Shown here: positions 16,367-25,918 of the stretch, one piece after another
Position numbering within the stretch: position 1 is the stretch's first letter
Layout of the letters: each line of letters starts with the position of its first letter
Source of the DNA: Candidatus Saccharimonadota bacterium
Lineage (GTDB): Bacteria > Patescibacteriota > Saccharimonadia > Saccharimonadales > UBA4665
Direction: 5' to 3'
DNA: 32,000 nt
Assembly (NCBI GenBank): GCA_963718045.1
Contig: OY970350.1
Location: 732,077-764,076 of the forward strand
Notes under the pieces: generated by a model
Database searches by the model: none
Seen by the model: only the letters and a program-made list of their open reading frames with translations
What the model was told of the DNA's origin: nothing
Position numbers and translations under genes: made by a program

Positions 16367-18214
16367 TTAAAATAAGTTGGCAACAAACTGTGGTGAGTTA
16401 GTTCCTGAGACTGGAGCTATATACATACTGCCGTCTTTGGTTAGCAGAATGTACTGACTGTTGTACCAGCCGTATGACGAGTAGGCTACCGGCAGGGATA
16501 TTCTCTTTTGATCCTGATCTGAACTGTTGGCAGTATACGTTTCATTGCTGCCGTTTTCATTGGCCGTCCAAAGATATTCACTGCCTGACGGAGATAGATA
16601 ATATGTTGGGTTGGTAGACGTAAAAGTGGCTGACGTAATCGTTGAACTAGTTAGGTTAGAGTTAGAAAAGGTGTAATAGCTAGTCTGATTGGTTGAACTG
16701 TCTGAGACAGATAGGTAAAGACTGGTAGGCTGGTAACGAGCAATGCTCATGGTGGTAGTTGTGGCAGCTGGGAAGGTTTGGTAGTCTTTCTTGCCAAGCC
16801 CGTTCGGGTTAACGCTTCTTAAGGTATCATTCGAGCTTGTCAAATCGTATGAGTTCGTGGGTGTCCAGCTAGTTGTATAGACAACTTGGTTAGGCAGCAG
16901 TTCATAATTTGCGAAACTTTGATAGGCATAGGACGGCGAACTGCCTTCAACCTGGTCTTCGTCTAAAACATTTAATTGGCCGCTTTGAGCGTTATAGCTC
17001 TTTAATTGTTCCAGGCCAACAGTGGTAGTAGGCTCAGAAGTATTAGTGGCATCGTAGATAAACATATCGCCGCTCCAGCCAATTAGATTAAAACTAGATG
17101 AACTGGAATCAAACTCGGTTAATGACTCGTTATTAGTGTCGATAACGTAGAGTTCTGGCTGACTGCCAGTTCGCCGAGCTTCAAAAACTAGATAGTTGTT
17201 ATCCGGTGAAGCCGTTAGAGTGGTTGAGGCGGTTTCATTACCAGTACCGGCTAGTACGGTAGTGGGATTACTGCCGTCAAGATTGGCTCGCATGACATTG
17301 ATAGTGCCGGTAACGTTGCTTAAATAATATATGTAGCCGGTTGGCACAAGCTTAATAAGGTTAGCATTCTCATCGGTGGTTACATTTATTGGCAAACTTA
17401 GATTATTAAAGCCTGAGACCGATATGCTGGCTTCATAGAAAGACTTTTTGGTAGGTAAAACTATCTGGGCCTTGCCGGAAGAGTTGGTAGTGGCATTGGT
17501 ATTTAAAACGCTAATTTTAGCGCCGCTTATTGGCTGGCCAGTTAGTTTATTAAGAATTTTTATTTCTACCTGTCTGCCAGTTGCACTTAGATAGACTATG
17601 TCACCAGTTGATTTTCTAAAACCAACAAATATCTGCCCCGAGCTTATCGCATAATATTGCTTGGCTATTCCAAATTGTCTTTTGCCTAAGTCAGCTTTAA
17701 CAACCGCCTGGCCATAAGCGTTGGTGTCGGCTTTATTTGCGCCAATAGTGACCACTGCTCCGCTGACCGGCTTATCTGTTACGCTGTCTATTACCGTAAA
17801 CTTGTAGGTGCTAGACATAAATTGTCCGAGGATAAAGTACCTGGTCAAAGGTACGCTAAAAATAATAACTATGACAGCGCAAATAGAGATGTAAAACCAC
17901 TTGTTTTTTACAAGCTTCTTTAGTTTATCCAGCTTAGTTTTTTTAGGAGCTAGGCCTGAAGCCCTATATGTATCTTCTACAGCCAGCAGTTCACTGCTGT
18001 CAGAAACAGCGATATCATCGACTGCCTTATTGATAACGGGATCGTCAAGAACCGGATCAGTTGGATCAGGCTCAGGTTCAGTTTCTTTAGCTGCCTCTTC
18101 TTTATCTTCTCTGCTGACTGGCGCTGCTGTTTTCCTGTTAACTTTAATATTAAAGCCGACTGAATCAGAGCTCAGCTTAATGTGTTTAGCAGGCCGGTCC
18201 TTTTCATCTTCCAT
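16367..18214 (-). CDS. large membrane-anchored protein with Ig-like/PEGA-like repeats and a TolB-like beta-propeller region, hypothetical
   Basis: AGAGGGG Shine-Dalgarno. Acidic cytoplasmic N-terminus and one TM helix (WFYISICAVIVIIFSVPL). Repeated segments of type D..T.KPVSGA.V.I, then SPDNNYLVFEARRTGSQPELYVIDTNN, which resembles PD40/TolB repeats. Confidence 0.65.
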   Translation of the reverse strand: MEDEKDRPAKHIKLSSDSVGFNIKVNRKTAAPVSREDKEEAAKETEPEPDPTDPVLDDPVINKAVDDIAVSDSSELLAVEDTYRASGLAPKKTKLDKLKKLVKNKWFYISICAVIVIIFSVPLTRYFILGQFMSSTYKFTVIDSVTDKPVSGAVVTIGANKADTNAYGQAVVKADLGKRQFGIAKQYYAISSGQIFVGFRKSTGDIVYLSATGRQVEIKILNKLTGQPISGAKISVLNTNATTNSSGKAQIVLPTKKSFYEASISVSGFNNLSLPINVTTDENANLIKLVPTGYIYYLSNVTGTINVMRANLDGSNPTTVLAGTGNETASTTLTASPDNNYLVFEARRTGSQPELYVIDTNNESLTEFDSSSSSFNLIGWSGDMFIYDATNTSEPTTTVGLEQLKSYNAQSGQLNVLDEDQVEGSSPSYAYQSFANYELLPNQVVYTTSWTPTNSYDLTSSNDTLRSVNPNGLGKKDYQTFPAATTTTMSIARYQPTSLYLSVSDSSTNQTSYYTFSNSNLTSSTITSATFTSTNPTYYLSPSGSEYLWTANENGSNETYTANSSDQDQKRISLPVAYSSYGWYNSQYILLTKDGSMYIAPVSGTNSPQFVANLF

Positions 18215-18480
18215 GACCCCTCTTTTTGAGATAAGTTTATTTTAAACCTTAAGACCATAAAGGCCTTACGATCCCTCAATCATATTTTAGCAAAAGTCTA
18301 AAGATAAATAGAGCTAGTAGCGTTTTTAAATTAGAGCCTAAAGAGATGCAGTGCCCAAACTTGAAGTAATTTTTTAGCGTGAATATGCATAGTTAGTCCT
18401 TAAGGGATATCGTAGTTTTTATTTTAAACCACTAGTATTATTCTCTCTCCGGTTAGCCTAATAAGTCAAATGAATTGCTT

Positions 18481-19287
18481 TCAAGAAAATTGGAATGATT
18501 TGATTATGTCTAAGATAGGCGTCTCAAAGGACGAACTTGACCACATATTTGACGATATGGTGAGCGGCAGCAGACTCGTGCAGGCGGTGGTTTGACACTG
18601 CATAAAGCTGACTATAACTAACGGGCTTACCTTATTAATATCCGATGGCGGGATAGTCTGACCCTTCAGGTAGCCGCTATTGCCGGATACATAGATAGCA
18701 TCAAGACCACCCTTAGTAACGGTTGCCGGGTACTGGACAAAACTAATGTAAGTCTGCGCTGCCTGGGAAGATGTTGGGCTGGTGAAAGTGATGTCTAAAG
18801 AATTTAAGACTGCTACAGAGGTGGTACCAAAGGCAGTTGGTATTTGGCCTTGGTTTAAGACCGTTAGGACTGTTTTGCCGCTGACTGTTTTGCCGCTGTC
18901 CGCTACCAGACTCATTATTGGTGATGTAATGGTCATAGAAGTATTTCCGTTACTGGCTACCGTCCAAGTTGTTGGATAGTTAACAGTCAAATTAAATGGC
19001 GTCGATGTGTAGCTGGTTAGCTGGGTAGCTGGTGCGGCCGGCTTTGAGACAGCTGCTTTTTGAGAGCTGGCAGTATGAGACGTCTTTACTGGTGACTTGG
19101 TTTTTGTATGCTGGCCATAGAAATAAGCACCAGCAGCGAGAATAATTAGAATAATCACCCCTGACACTATCAGCCATAGTTTATAATCTGTCTTCTTTGG
19201 CAATTTGTCTTTGGTATTAATATAGCTGAAGTCTTTAACCGGGATTTCTTTGTAGGGATCCTTTATCGGACGGTCTGGCAGCTCCAT
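18481..19287 (-). CDS. membrane-anchored hypothetical protein, 268 aa
   Basis: One TM helix (LWLIVSGVIILIILAAGAYFY), then an S/T-rich linker and an extracytoplasmic domain. No motif recognised. Confidence 0.55.
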   Translation of the reverse strand: MELPDRPIKDPYKEIPVKDFSYINTKDKLPKKTDYKLWLIVSGVIILIILAAGAYFYGQHTKTKSPVKTSHTASSQKAAVSKPAAPATQLTSYTSTPFNLTVNYPTTWTVASNGNTSMTITSPIMSLVADSGKTVSGKTVLTVLNQGQIPTAFGTTSVAVLNSLDITFTSPTSSQAAQTYISFVQYPATVTKGGLDAIYVSGNSGYLKGQTIPPSDINKVSPLVIVSFMQCQTTACTSLLPLTISSNMWSSSSFETPILDIIKSFQFS

Positions 19288-19326
19288 AATTCATATTTTA
19301 CGCTTACAGCTAAAAAATAGCTTAAG

Positions 19327-20640
19327 TTAAGGTGATAATCTGTTAATATCTCTTGGGAAAAGAGTAGCTTCCTTGACATTGTGCAGTCCAAGGAGCTTTT
19401 CGGTTAATCTTTCTAGTCCCATACCAAAGCCGCCGTGAGCAGGCATACCGGCCTGCATAGCCATTAATAGAGGTTTAAAGCCCGGATCATTAGGATCACC
19501 GTTAACTTTATCCTTAAGCTGTCCTAAAATCTTTTGGTAATCGTTCTCTCTTAGCGAACCGGTAACAATTTCTACTCCCCGGAACAAAAGGTCGATTCTG
19601 TCGGCCAGATCAGGATTATTGTCCTGTGTTTTATGGTAAAACTTCATTTCGCTGGCCGGCCAGTCGGTTACAAAAACCGCTTCTGAGTCGAAATGCTCTT
19701 TGGCATATTCACAGGCCCACTTTTCTTCGTCCGGTCTTAGATCCTTTTCAGTTTCGGTGTTCTGGCCGCTACTACTGGAATATCCTTTATGGATCTCGGC
19801 CATAGACATGCTTGGTATTGTCGCTGGCAGTTTTGGTTTTTCGGCCTTCAAAAGCTCAAGTTCTGGCCGGCATTTACTAAACACAAAGTCAACTACAAAG
19901 TGCATAACTTCACTTAAGACATTTTCAAGGTCCTTTATATTAATAAAGCCCATTTCGGCATCAATCGAGGTATATTCAGACATATGCCTGGTTGTAGCAC
20001 TCGGTTCTGCCCTATAGACAGGCGATATTTCAAATACTCTCTCAAATACTCCGACCATGATTTGTTTATAAAACTGGGGGCTTTGCGCTAGGGTTGCCTG
20101 CTTGCCAAAGTAATCAAACTTAAAGACCTCAGCACCGCCCTCGGTGGCTGCGGCCAAAATTTTAGGCGTTCTGATTTCTATAAAATCATGTTGGTAGAAA
20201 TACTCTCTTAAAGCCTGAAGGATAGCCGATTGCACTTTAAATATGGCTGCTTCTTGAGTGTTTCTAAGGCCTATGGATCGAAGCTCAAATAGGGTATCAA
20301 GGTTTGCCGAAGCATGGGACAGAGGCTTATCAATTTCAATTAATGGTTCTGCCGAGACAGGAACTAAGACCTCAAGAATTGGCTCGTGTATTTCGTAACC
20401 ACCCGGTGCCCTAGGTTCAACTGTAATTTTACCGGTAACTTTAAGCACGCTGCCAATCTGCATGCCTCTTAGTTTTTCTACCTGGTCCTTATTATTTATA
20501 ACTATCTGGACAATACCAGATCGGTCTCTCAAGTTAATAAAAGTCAGTCCGCCAAGTAAACGTTTTTTGTGTAACCAGCCGTAAACAGTTACAGTTTTGT
20601 CTTTACAACCTCCAAGATCCTTAACTAAAGTTCTGTCCAT
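19327..20640 (-). CDS. aspS: aspartate--tRNA ligase, archaeal/type-2 (short) form
   Basis: OB-fold N-terminus (GWLHKKRLLGGLTFINLRDRSG), QSPQFYKQ, class II motif 2 YRAEPSATTRHMSEYTSIDAEM and motif 3 GGFGMGLERL. The 437-aa length fits the type-2 AspRS. An AsnRS assignment is less likely but not excluded. Confidence 0.85.
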   Translation of the reverse strand: MDRTLVKDLGGCKDKTVTVYGWLHKKRLLGGLTFINLRDRSGIVQIVINNKDQVEKLRGMQIGSVLKVTGKITVEPRAPGGYEIHEPILEVLVPVSAEPLIEIDKPLSHASANLDTLFELRSIGLRNTQEAAIFKVQSAILQALREYFYQHDFIEIRTPKILAAATEGGAEVFKFDYFGKQATLAQSPQFYKQIMVGVFERVFEISPVYRAEPSATTRHMSEYTSIDAEMGFINIKDLENVLSEVMHFVVDFVFSKCRPELELLKAEKPKLPATIPSMSMAEIHKGYSSSSGQNTETEKDLRPDEEKWACEYAKEHFDSEAVFVTDWPASEMKFYHKTQDNNPDLADRIDLLFRGVEIVTGSLRENDYQKILGQLKDKVNGDPNDPGFKPLLMAMQAGMPAHGGFGMGLERLTEKLLGLHNVKEATLFPRDINRLSP

Positions 20641-20670
20641 GGGTTTATTTTAACACCTACTTAGTTTTCT

Positions 20671-21654
20671 TTATGAGTTACTTGTTTCTTCGTTCCCGGG
20701 TTTAATTATGTTTTCGTCATGAGTTGGTTTAAAGCTGTATAGCTCTTTAATTACATCCTTAATAGTGAGCATTCCGAATGGTCTTTGCTTTTTATCCAGC
20801 ACTATAAATACTGGATGACCAGTGGTAGATAGGGCATTTAAGGCATCATACAAGCTATCGTCTTCATTCAGGTAATAAAGGTTCTGGTTCATGAGATCAC
20901 GGGCGGTGCCGGCAGTCGAAAGATCTATCCGGCTAAGATCAATCATACCGACCAATTTCTTCGATTCATTGTCGGCTAAAACAGGCACGAAAAGCTGGCC
21001 GGATTTATGCATTTCATCTAGCATTACCGGACCGATTGAGTCACCGGCAAACATCTTCTCTGCTTTTGACCATGTTAAGCCGTACTCGCCAACTGTTTTG
21101 TCTTTAAACTTTAAAGCTTTTTTTATTAGTTCCAGGTCATTGGGATCTATCCGGTTGTCTAATTGTTTCTTTTGTTTAGATATGAGATTTTCTAAGTCTT
21201 TTTTATCGTAAAGACCACTGTGGGTCTCCGGGTTAAGTTTGCCCTTACGGTGATCTATTTTCTGTATGTACGGATGAATAAGATTTAAGACCCAAACTAC
21301 CATTGGCGTAATATAGCCAGTGAGTTTAAGAGAGAAATTATTAACCGCTAACCTTGGCAGCCAAGCGAAAACAAGCCAGATAAAAATAATGACCGTAATA
21401 ACATCCAGCCAAAGCGGAGCTACCCGGTTAAAGAGTATTAGACTGCCGGCTGTACATAGGACAATTACCGTCCACAAGAATATGTCCAGACTGCTTTCAA
21501 ATGATACTGCCCGATACAGTTTTTCAGCTAATTCGTCGCCTTCTCTAGCACGGCGTTTTAGTTCTATTTTAGGGACAAGGTAGTAGCTTTTCCTAAGCTC
21601 AATGGCTGTTAAGACTATTAGCAGCAAAATAAGAGAGTAAATATAGTCTGACAT
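20671..21654 (-). CDS. DUF21/CNNM-type transmembrane domain plus CBS-pair protein
   Basis: Four N-terminal hydrophobic helices, then a CBS-pair-like region (VPVLADNESKKLVGMIDLSRI ... HPVFIVLDKKQRPFGMLTIKDVIKEL). Confidence 0.75.
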   Translation of the reverse strand: MSDYIYSLILLLIVLTAIELRKSYYLVPKIELKRRAREGDELAEKLYRAVSFESSLDIFLWTVIVLCTAGSLILFNRVAPLWLDVITVIIFIWLVFAWLPRLAVNNFSLKLTGYITPMVVWVLNLIHPYIQKIDHRKGKLNPETHSGLYDKKDLENLISKQKKQLDNRIDPNDLELIKKALKFKDKTVGEYGLTWSKAEKMFAGDSIGPVMLDEMHKSGQLFVPVLADNESKKLVGMIDLSRIDLSTAGTARDLMNQNLYYLNEDDSLYDALNALSTTGHPVFIVLDKKQRPFGMLTIKDVIKELYSFKPTHDENIIKPGNEETSNS

Positions 21655-21764
21655 ATCTAATCTAAGCTTATACTCTAAGGCTTAATTTTTAAAGTTTAGT
21701 CGTAGGCAAAAATATGTTATTTCATGTATACTTACTAAACACAAATAAATGGAGCTGACGATAT

Positions 21765-22436
21765 ATGTCTAAGAAATTTTGGATAGCCGTTGCCGTAGTT
21801 GTGCTAGTACTAGTTGGAATATTTGCTTTTACTTCGGGCGGCTCAAACACCAACAATTCAAACAAACTTACCCCAACTGAAAACATTGAGGGTGAAGGAA
21901 AAGACGGTGTTAAATTGGTTGAATACGGTGATTTTCAGTGTCCTGCATGCGCTGAGTACTTCTCAACTGTTAAGCAAGTAGCATCTATGTATAACACTCA
22001 GATCACTTTCCAGTTTAGAAATTTCCCGCTGACCACTCTCCACCCTAACGCTTTTGCAGCGGCTAGAGCTGCTGAAGCAGCCGCATTGATGGGCAAATTC
22101 TGGCAAATGCATGATCTTTTGTATGAACAAAGCGTAGAATACTATGACTCAAATCAAACTATTGCTGCTTGGGACAGTGCTTCTAATCCAGAGTCATACT
22201 TCGTTGCCGATGCTAAGAGTTTAGGCCTTAATACCCAGAAGTTCCAGCAACTTTATGCCTCCGACCAGGTAGATAACTTGGTAGTTGCCGATGAAAATGC
22301 CGGTAATGCACTAGGCATCGATGCGACGCCCACCTTTTACTTGGATGGTAAGCAAATGAATATAAATAGTATTAGCGTTCAGGCTTTTGAGACCCAGATA
22401 AATGCGGCTATTGCTCAAAAGACCGGTAAGTCTTAA
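21765..22436 (+). CDS. DsbA-family thiol:disulfide oxidoreductase, membrane-anchored
   Basis: GGAG Shine-Dalgarno and an N-terminal TM helix. Thioredoxin-fold active site YGDFQCPACAEY (CPAC) and the cis-Pro region GIDATPTFYLDG. Confidence 0.85.
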   Translation: MSKKFWIAVAVVVLVLVGIFAFTSGGSNTNNSNKLTPTENIEGEGKDGVKLVEYGDFQCPACAEYFSTVKQVASMYNTQITFQFRNFPLTTLHPNAFAAARAAEAAALMGKFWQMHDLLYEQSVEYYDSNQTIAAWDSASNPESYFVADAKSLGLNTQKFQQLYASDQVDNLVVADENAGNALGIDATPTFYLDGKQMNINSISVQAFETQINAAIAQKTGKS

Positions 22437-22493
22437 TCAAACTAGACTTAGATTGACCCGTTGTACCATAATTAGATCTCACTACGTCGGTAT

Positions 22494-23117
22494 TTATTCC
22501 AAGGAAATATATAACCAGTTTTGTTTAATATAACTTGCTACACTCTTTAGTAAGCCGGTAGCTACTCCTCCATTTTGCAGTGACTGCCTTATTTTCGTTG
22601 AAACAACTGCTGGCCAGTAGCTACCTATTATGACTGGGGTTTTTGGCCAGTTTTTAGTTTGATCAAGTATTTGATTTACACTAGCCTCTTCTCTTAGACC
22701 AATAATTAGCCCACTAGATTTTAAGAGTTTATCTATATCCGACCAATTAGCCATAGAGGATATTTTATCCGAGCCAAATAGAAAAACCAGCTCGCTGTCA
22801 TTAAACTTTTTGTTAAGTTTAGGCAGGGTCCGTTTAACACTGAAGGTTCTGTCATCCAGTTCAAGTATGGCAAGTTTAGGGTGTGGTTTAATGGCCCGTT
22901 TAACCATGGCTACCCGATGGCCAAAGTGTTCATGGACATGTTTATCTCTCGGCATTCGTTCAGGCAAAAAGTAAACCTTGCTAAGACCGGCTTCATTTAT
23001 AGCTTGAAGAGCAAAAGTTATATGACCAATGTGAATCGGATCAAAACTGCCTGAGTATATGCCTATTTTTGTTTTATTCTTCAATTGGTATCCCTTCACA
23101 GCGACGAGTTTGTTCAT
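22494..23117 (-). CDS. nadD: nicotinate-nucleotide adenylyltransferase
   Basis: IGIYSGSFDPIHIGHITFA (the GxFxPxHxGH nucleotidyltransferase motif) and a C-terminal VSTKIRQ (ISSTxIR-like). Confidence 0.9.
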   Translation of the reverse strand: MNKLVAVKGYQLKNKTKIGIYSGSFDPIHIGHITFALQAINEAGLSKVYFLPERMPRDKHVHEHFGHRVAMVKRAIKPHPKLAILELDDRTFSVKRTLPKLNKKFNDSELVFLFGSDKISSMANWSDIDKLLKSSGLIIGLREEASVNQILDQTKNWPKTPVIIGSYWPAVVSTKIRQSLQNGGVATGLLKSVASYIKQNWLYISLE

Positions 23118-23212
23118 CTGTCATACTTTTATTTTACACTTGGACCTATAAATTCCCTTGTACCTAGTTCAAGATTTAATTTGCCGAGAACCAGCTTTTA
23201 TAAGATAAGCAT

Positions 23213-23238
23213 TATGCAATTTAGTATTAAATTGCATA
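23213..23238. promoter_or_regulatory. perfect 11-bp inverted repeat TATGCAATTTA-gtat-TAAATTGCATA abutting the -35 box; candidate operator
   Basis: Read directly. The arms are 23213..23223 and 23228..23238. Further ATGCAT cores occur at 23247..23252 and 23265..23270. Confidence 0.5.
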
Positions 23239-23266
23239 TTGACATTATGCATTTTAAGACTATAAT
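23239..23266 (+). promoter_or_regulatory. consensus sigma70-type promoter (TTGACA-16-TATAAT) for the AAA ATPase gene
   Basis: TTGACA at 23239..23244 and TATAAT at 23261..23266. The in-frame ATG at 23274 lies 7 nt after the -10 box. Confidence 0.6.
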
Positions 23267-23273
23267 GCATAGT

Positions 23274-24425
23274 ATGATAAACAGAACCGTTGAAAAACAG
23301 ATAGATCAATACTTAGCAGGTACTGATAATAAGATATTTTTTATATGGGGACCGAGACGTAGCGGTAAGACCACTTTACTTGAAAAGTTTTCTAGTAAAT
23401 TAGGGGTACCGATTTTTAACTTTGACCTATTATCTGATAGGGAGATATTTGCCCCAACCGAAGCTGCCCTATCAAAAATCGCTAGTGAACATAAAGTTAT
23501 CCTGATTGATGAAGTACAGAACTATCCTGACGGTACAGTCGCGCTGAAACTATTACATGATGTCTATAAGACAAAAATAATTGCTACTGGTAGCAGCGAG
23601 CTTAGACAAAAGTCGAAAGATTTTGATACGCTGGCAGGTCGTTACACAGAACACTATTGTCTTCCCCTATCTACTGAAGAAATTAGTAGTAATGCCGACG
23701 TTAAGGCTTACGGCCAGACTAACTTCGAGTCAGAGTTATTAAACCAGTTGCAAATCTATGGTGCCTATCCCGAAATATATGCTAATACGGAGCTCACTGA
23801 TAATGAGCGAGCAGATTTGCTCCAAAACATTCTCGACGCTTATGTCCTAAAGGACGTCATAAATATCTACGATCTTAAGAACGAAAAATTAGCTAAAGAT
23901 ATTCTGACTAAGATTGCCCTTCAAATTGGTTCCGAGGTAGCTATACGGGAAATCGCCAAAAGTCTAGGTGCTAACGACTCGACAGTAGCCAGCTATATCG
24001 AGATATTCGTTAAGAATTATATTCTTATCCCGTTACCAGCATTTAAGACAAATGCCAGAAGAGCCATATCGGAAAACCGTAAGTTATACTTTTATGATTT
24101 AGGTATCCGAAATATACTGGTTAAAGACTTCCGTGAGCTTGATTTACGCCCAGATAAAGGTGGTGTATTTGAGAACTTTATAGTTTCAGAGCTTGAAAAG
24201 AAACGCAGGAACAACAAAATTCAAGCGAGTATGTACTTTTATAGAGAATACTCTGGCCAAGAAGTAGATATAGTCTTAGAGGATTATCAAAAGAACTATA
24301 CTTGCCTGGAGGTTAAAACAAACCCTAAAGCTCGGAGTAAAGATATATTTCCCATTAAGCACTCATTTGAGACCATCAATAAAACCAATTATTTTGACTC
24401 GCTTAATAAAGTTCTTTTATCTTAG
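23274..24425 (+). CDS. AAA+ ATPase of the AAA_14/DUF4143 type
   Basis: Walker A FFIWGPRRSGKTTLL and Walker B VILIDEVQ. The C-terminal part has the DUF4143-like pattern (IYDLKNEKLAKDIL ... LYFYDLGIRN ... GGVFENFIVSEL). The start is chosen from the promoter geometry; the track's 23085 start would overlap nadD. Confidence 0.8.
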   Translation: MINRTVEKQIDQYLAGTDNKIFFIWGPRRSGKTTLLEKFSSKLGVPIFNFDLLSDREIFAPTEAALSKIASEHKVILIDEVQNYPDGTVALKLLHDVYKTKIIATGSSELRQKSKDFDTLAGRYTEHYCLPLSTEEISSNADVKAYGQTNFESELLNQLQIYGAYPEIYANTELTDNERADLLQNILDAYVLKDVINIYDLKNEKLAKDILTKIALQIGSEVAIREIAKSLGANDSTVASYIEIFVKNYILIPLPAFKTNARRAISENRKLYFYDLGIRNILVKDFRELDLRPDKGGVFENFIVSELEKKRRNNKIQASMYFYREYSGQEVDIVLEDYQKNYTCLEVKTNPKARSKDIFPIKHSFETINKTNYFDSLNKVLLS

Positions 24426-24451
24426 TTGGACTCATAAAACTTTCATTGACG

Positions 24452-25918
24452 TTATTTGCAGGCAACAACAGCGTTACACCCCTTATGTTGGCATTTAGGA
24501 ATAAGTTTATTATAGGGTCGGATGTTTAAGTGTCCGTTAGAACACTTAAACCACCGTTTACCATATTTGTCCTCTCCTTTTGATGGTTTTTCTGTTTCGT
24601 TGGGTTCTTCGCCGCTTGCCCCGACTCTAGCCGATGCACCGCCGCCGCAACCGGTAGCCACCGCTGTTTCATGGGCCTTGTTTTTAAGTAGATTAAGTTC
24701 AGGTAAGTCATTTGTGCCATGTTCTTCAATATGCTGCCTTATCTGCATAATATATTGAGCGGCCTCGCCACCAAAAACTCTGGGGTTAATGTGCGGATTG
24801 ACAAACGATGCTTCAACTGTGTATCTCTTTGATAATTGCCACATAAGCTTGATTGCATCTATCTGGTCAGTTAGACCCTGTCCTCGTAATAACAGCTCGT
24901 CTAGTACTTTTTGATTAGTTTCTTCAAGGCTAGCTTCACGCTTTTTGGATTGCTCAATTATATCTATATAGTCTTCTGGCTTCCTTTCAACAGTCTCACC
25001 CCTTATTTCATCTCTGGCTTCATCACACCACCGGAAAAAATCAACTAAACCGTTAGGCATTGATTCTTTGGGTATAAGTGGCCCATTTGCAAGAAGTTCT
25101 GGAGCAGTGGCAGGTGCTATCAGACCGAGTCGGGCGTAAACTTTAGCAATAATGCCAATGTCCAGCCTAGAGGCTAGGCGTTCTTCAAAACTTAGATCCT
25201 CGGCATCTTCTACACCGGCTCTGAAAGCTGATTCAATAGTTACTGCACTGTCAGCTTCTTCTGTGGTAGCTTGGATTGCAAAGGTCAAACTATCTAAGAA
25301 GTAGCCGTCACCATCTGGCCCAAGATCTTTCTCAGGGATATCACCCGGCACAATTGAGACTACGACGAAATAGTTGTCCTTCAGTTCTCCGGCTCTTAAT
25401 GCGTCCTCAATACGATGACCATTAAGTGCTTCGATACGAGTAATTTCCTGAAGTTTGGGATGTCTATTGGAGCGAATAATGGCGTTACGGTAAACACTCA
25501 TCATAGTTTGGCCAGACTGCATCAGTTGGCCATCTTCATTGACTAAAGTAGTTACTTTTCTAATATGTCTATCTTTAAAGCAGACCTCACTGTTAGCAGC
25601 GGCAACGTTTTGGCTAACCATTGACCTGGCTTCTACTGAACCAGCATTTGCCTGCTTTATCATGTCTAGCAGATTAGTTTCGGCAGTCTGTTCGTGAGTC
25701 TCGGGGATATCAGGCCTTTTAACGTCAGTAAGAGCTATAGAGCCATACCAACGATTAAATCGCTCTGTGGTAAAGGGTGCATACTCAGTATTGGTGATTA
25801 GCCGAGCAATTAACCTGTACTCTTGGTCAGGTAAGTCCTCAACCAATGCCAAAGATGGCACTTCAGTGGTTCCATATGTTTCAAAATTTATTTGTCTAAC
25901 AGTGGCTGCTTCGGCCAT
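24452..25918 (-). CDS. hypothetical 488-aa cytoplasmic protein with C-terminal Cys/His zinc-ribbon-like tail
   Basis: ATG at 25918 preceded by GGGAGTAGAGGG. No TM helix. The C-terminus reads GCGGG...KRWFKCSNGHLNIRPYNKLIPKCQHKGCNAVVACK (C-x3-H ... C-x4-C). The remainder is unrecognised. Confidence 0.6.
   Translation of the reverse strand: MAEAATVRQINFETYGTTEVPSLALVEDLPDQEYRLIARLITNTEYAPFTTERFNRWYGSIALTDVKRPDIPETHEQTAETNLLDMIKQANAGSVEARSMVSQNVAAANSEVCFKDRHIRKVTTLVNEDGQLMQSGQTMMSVYRNAIIRSNRHPKLQEITRIEALNGHRIEDALRAGELKDNYFVVVSIVPGDIPEKDLGPDGDGYFLDSLTFAIQATTEEADSAVTIESAFRAGVEDAEDLSFEERLASRLDIGIIAKVYARLGLIAPATAPELLANGPLIPKESMPNGLVDFFRWCDEARDEIRGETVERKPEDYIDIIEQSKKREASLEETNQKVLDELLLRGQGLTDQIDAIKLMWQLSKRYTVEASFVNPHINPRVFGGEAAQYIMQIRQHIEEHGTNDLPELNLLKNKAHETAVATGCGGGASARVGASGEEPNETEKPSKGEDKYGKRWFKCSNGHLNIRPYNKLIPKCQHKGCNAVVACK

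Noticed and set aside
23085-23273. Upstream extension of the AAA ATPase ORF (track start at 23085)
   Set aside because: The extension overlaps the nadD 5' end, reads through the palindrome array and contains the consensus -35/-10 promoter. The ATG at 23274 is the better start.
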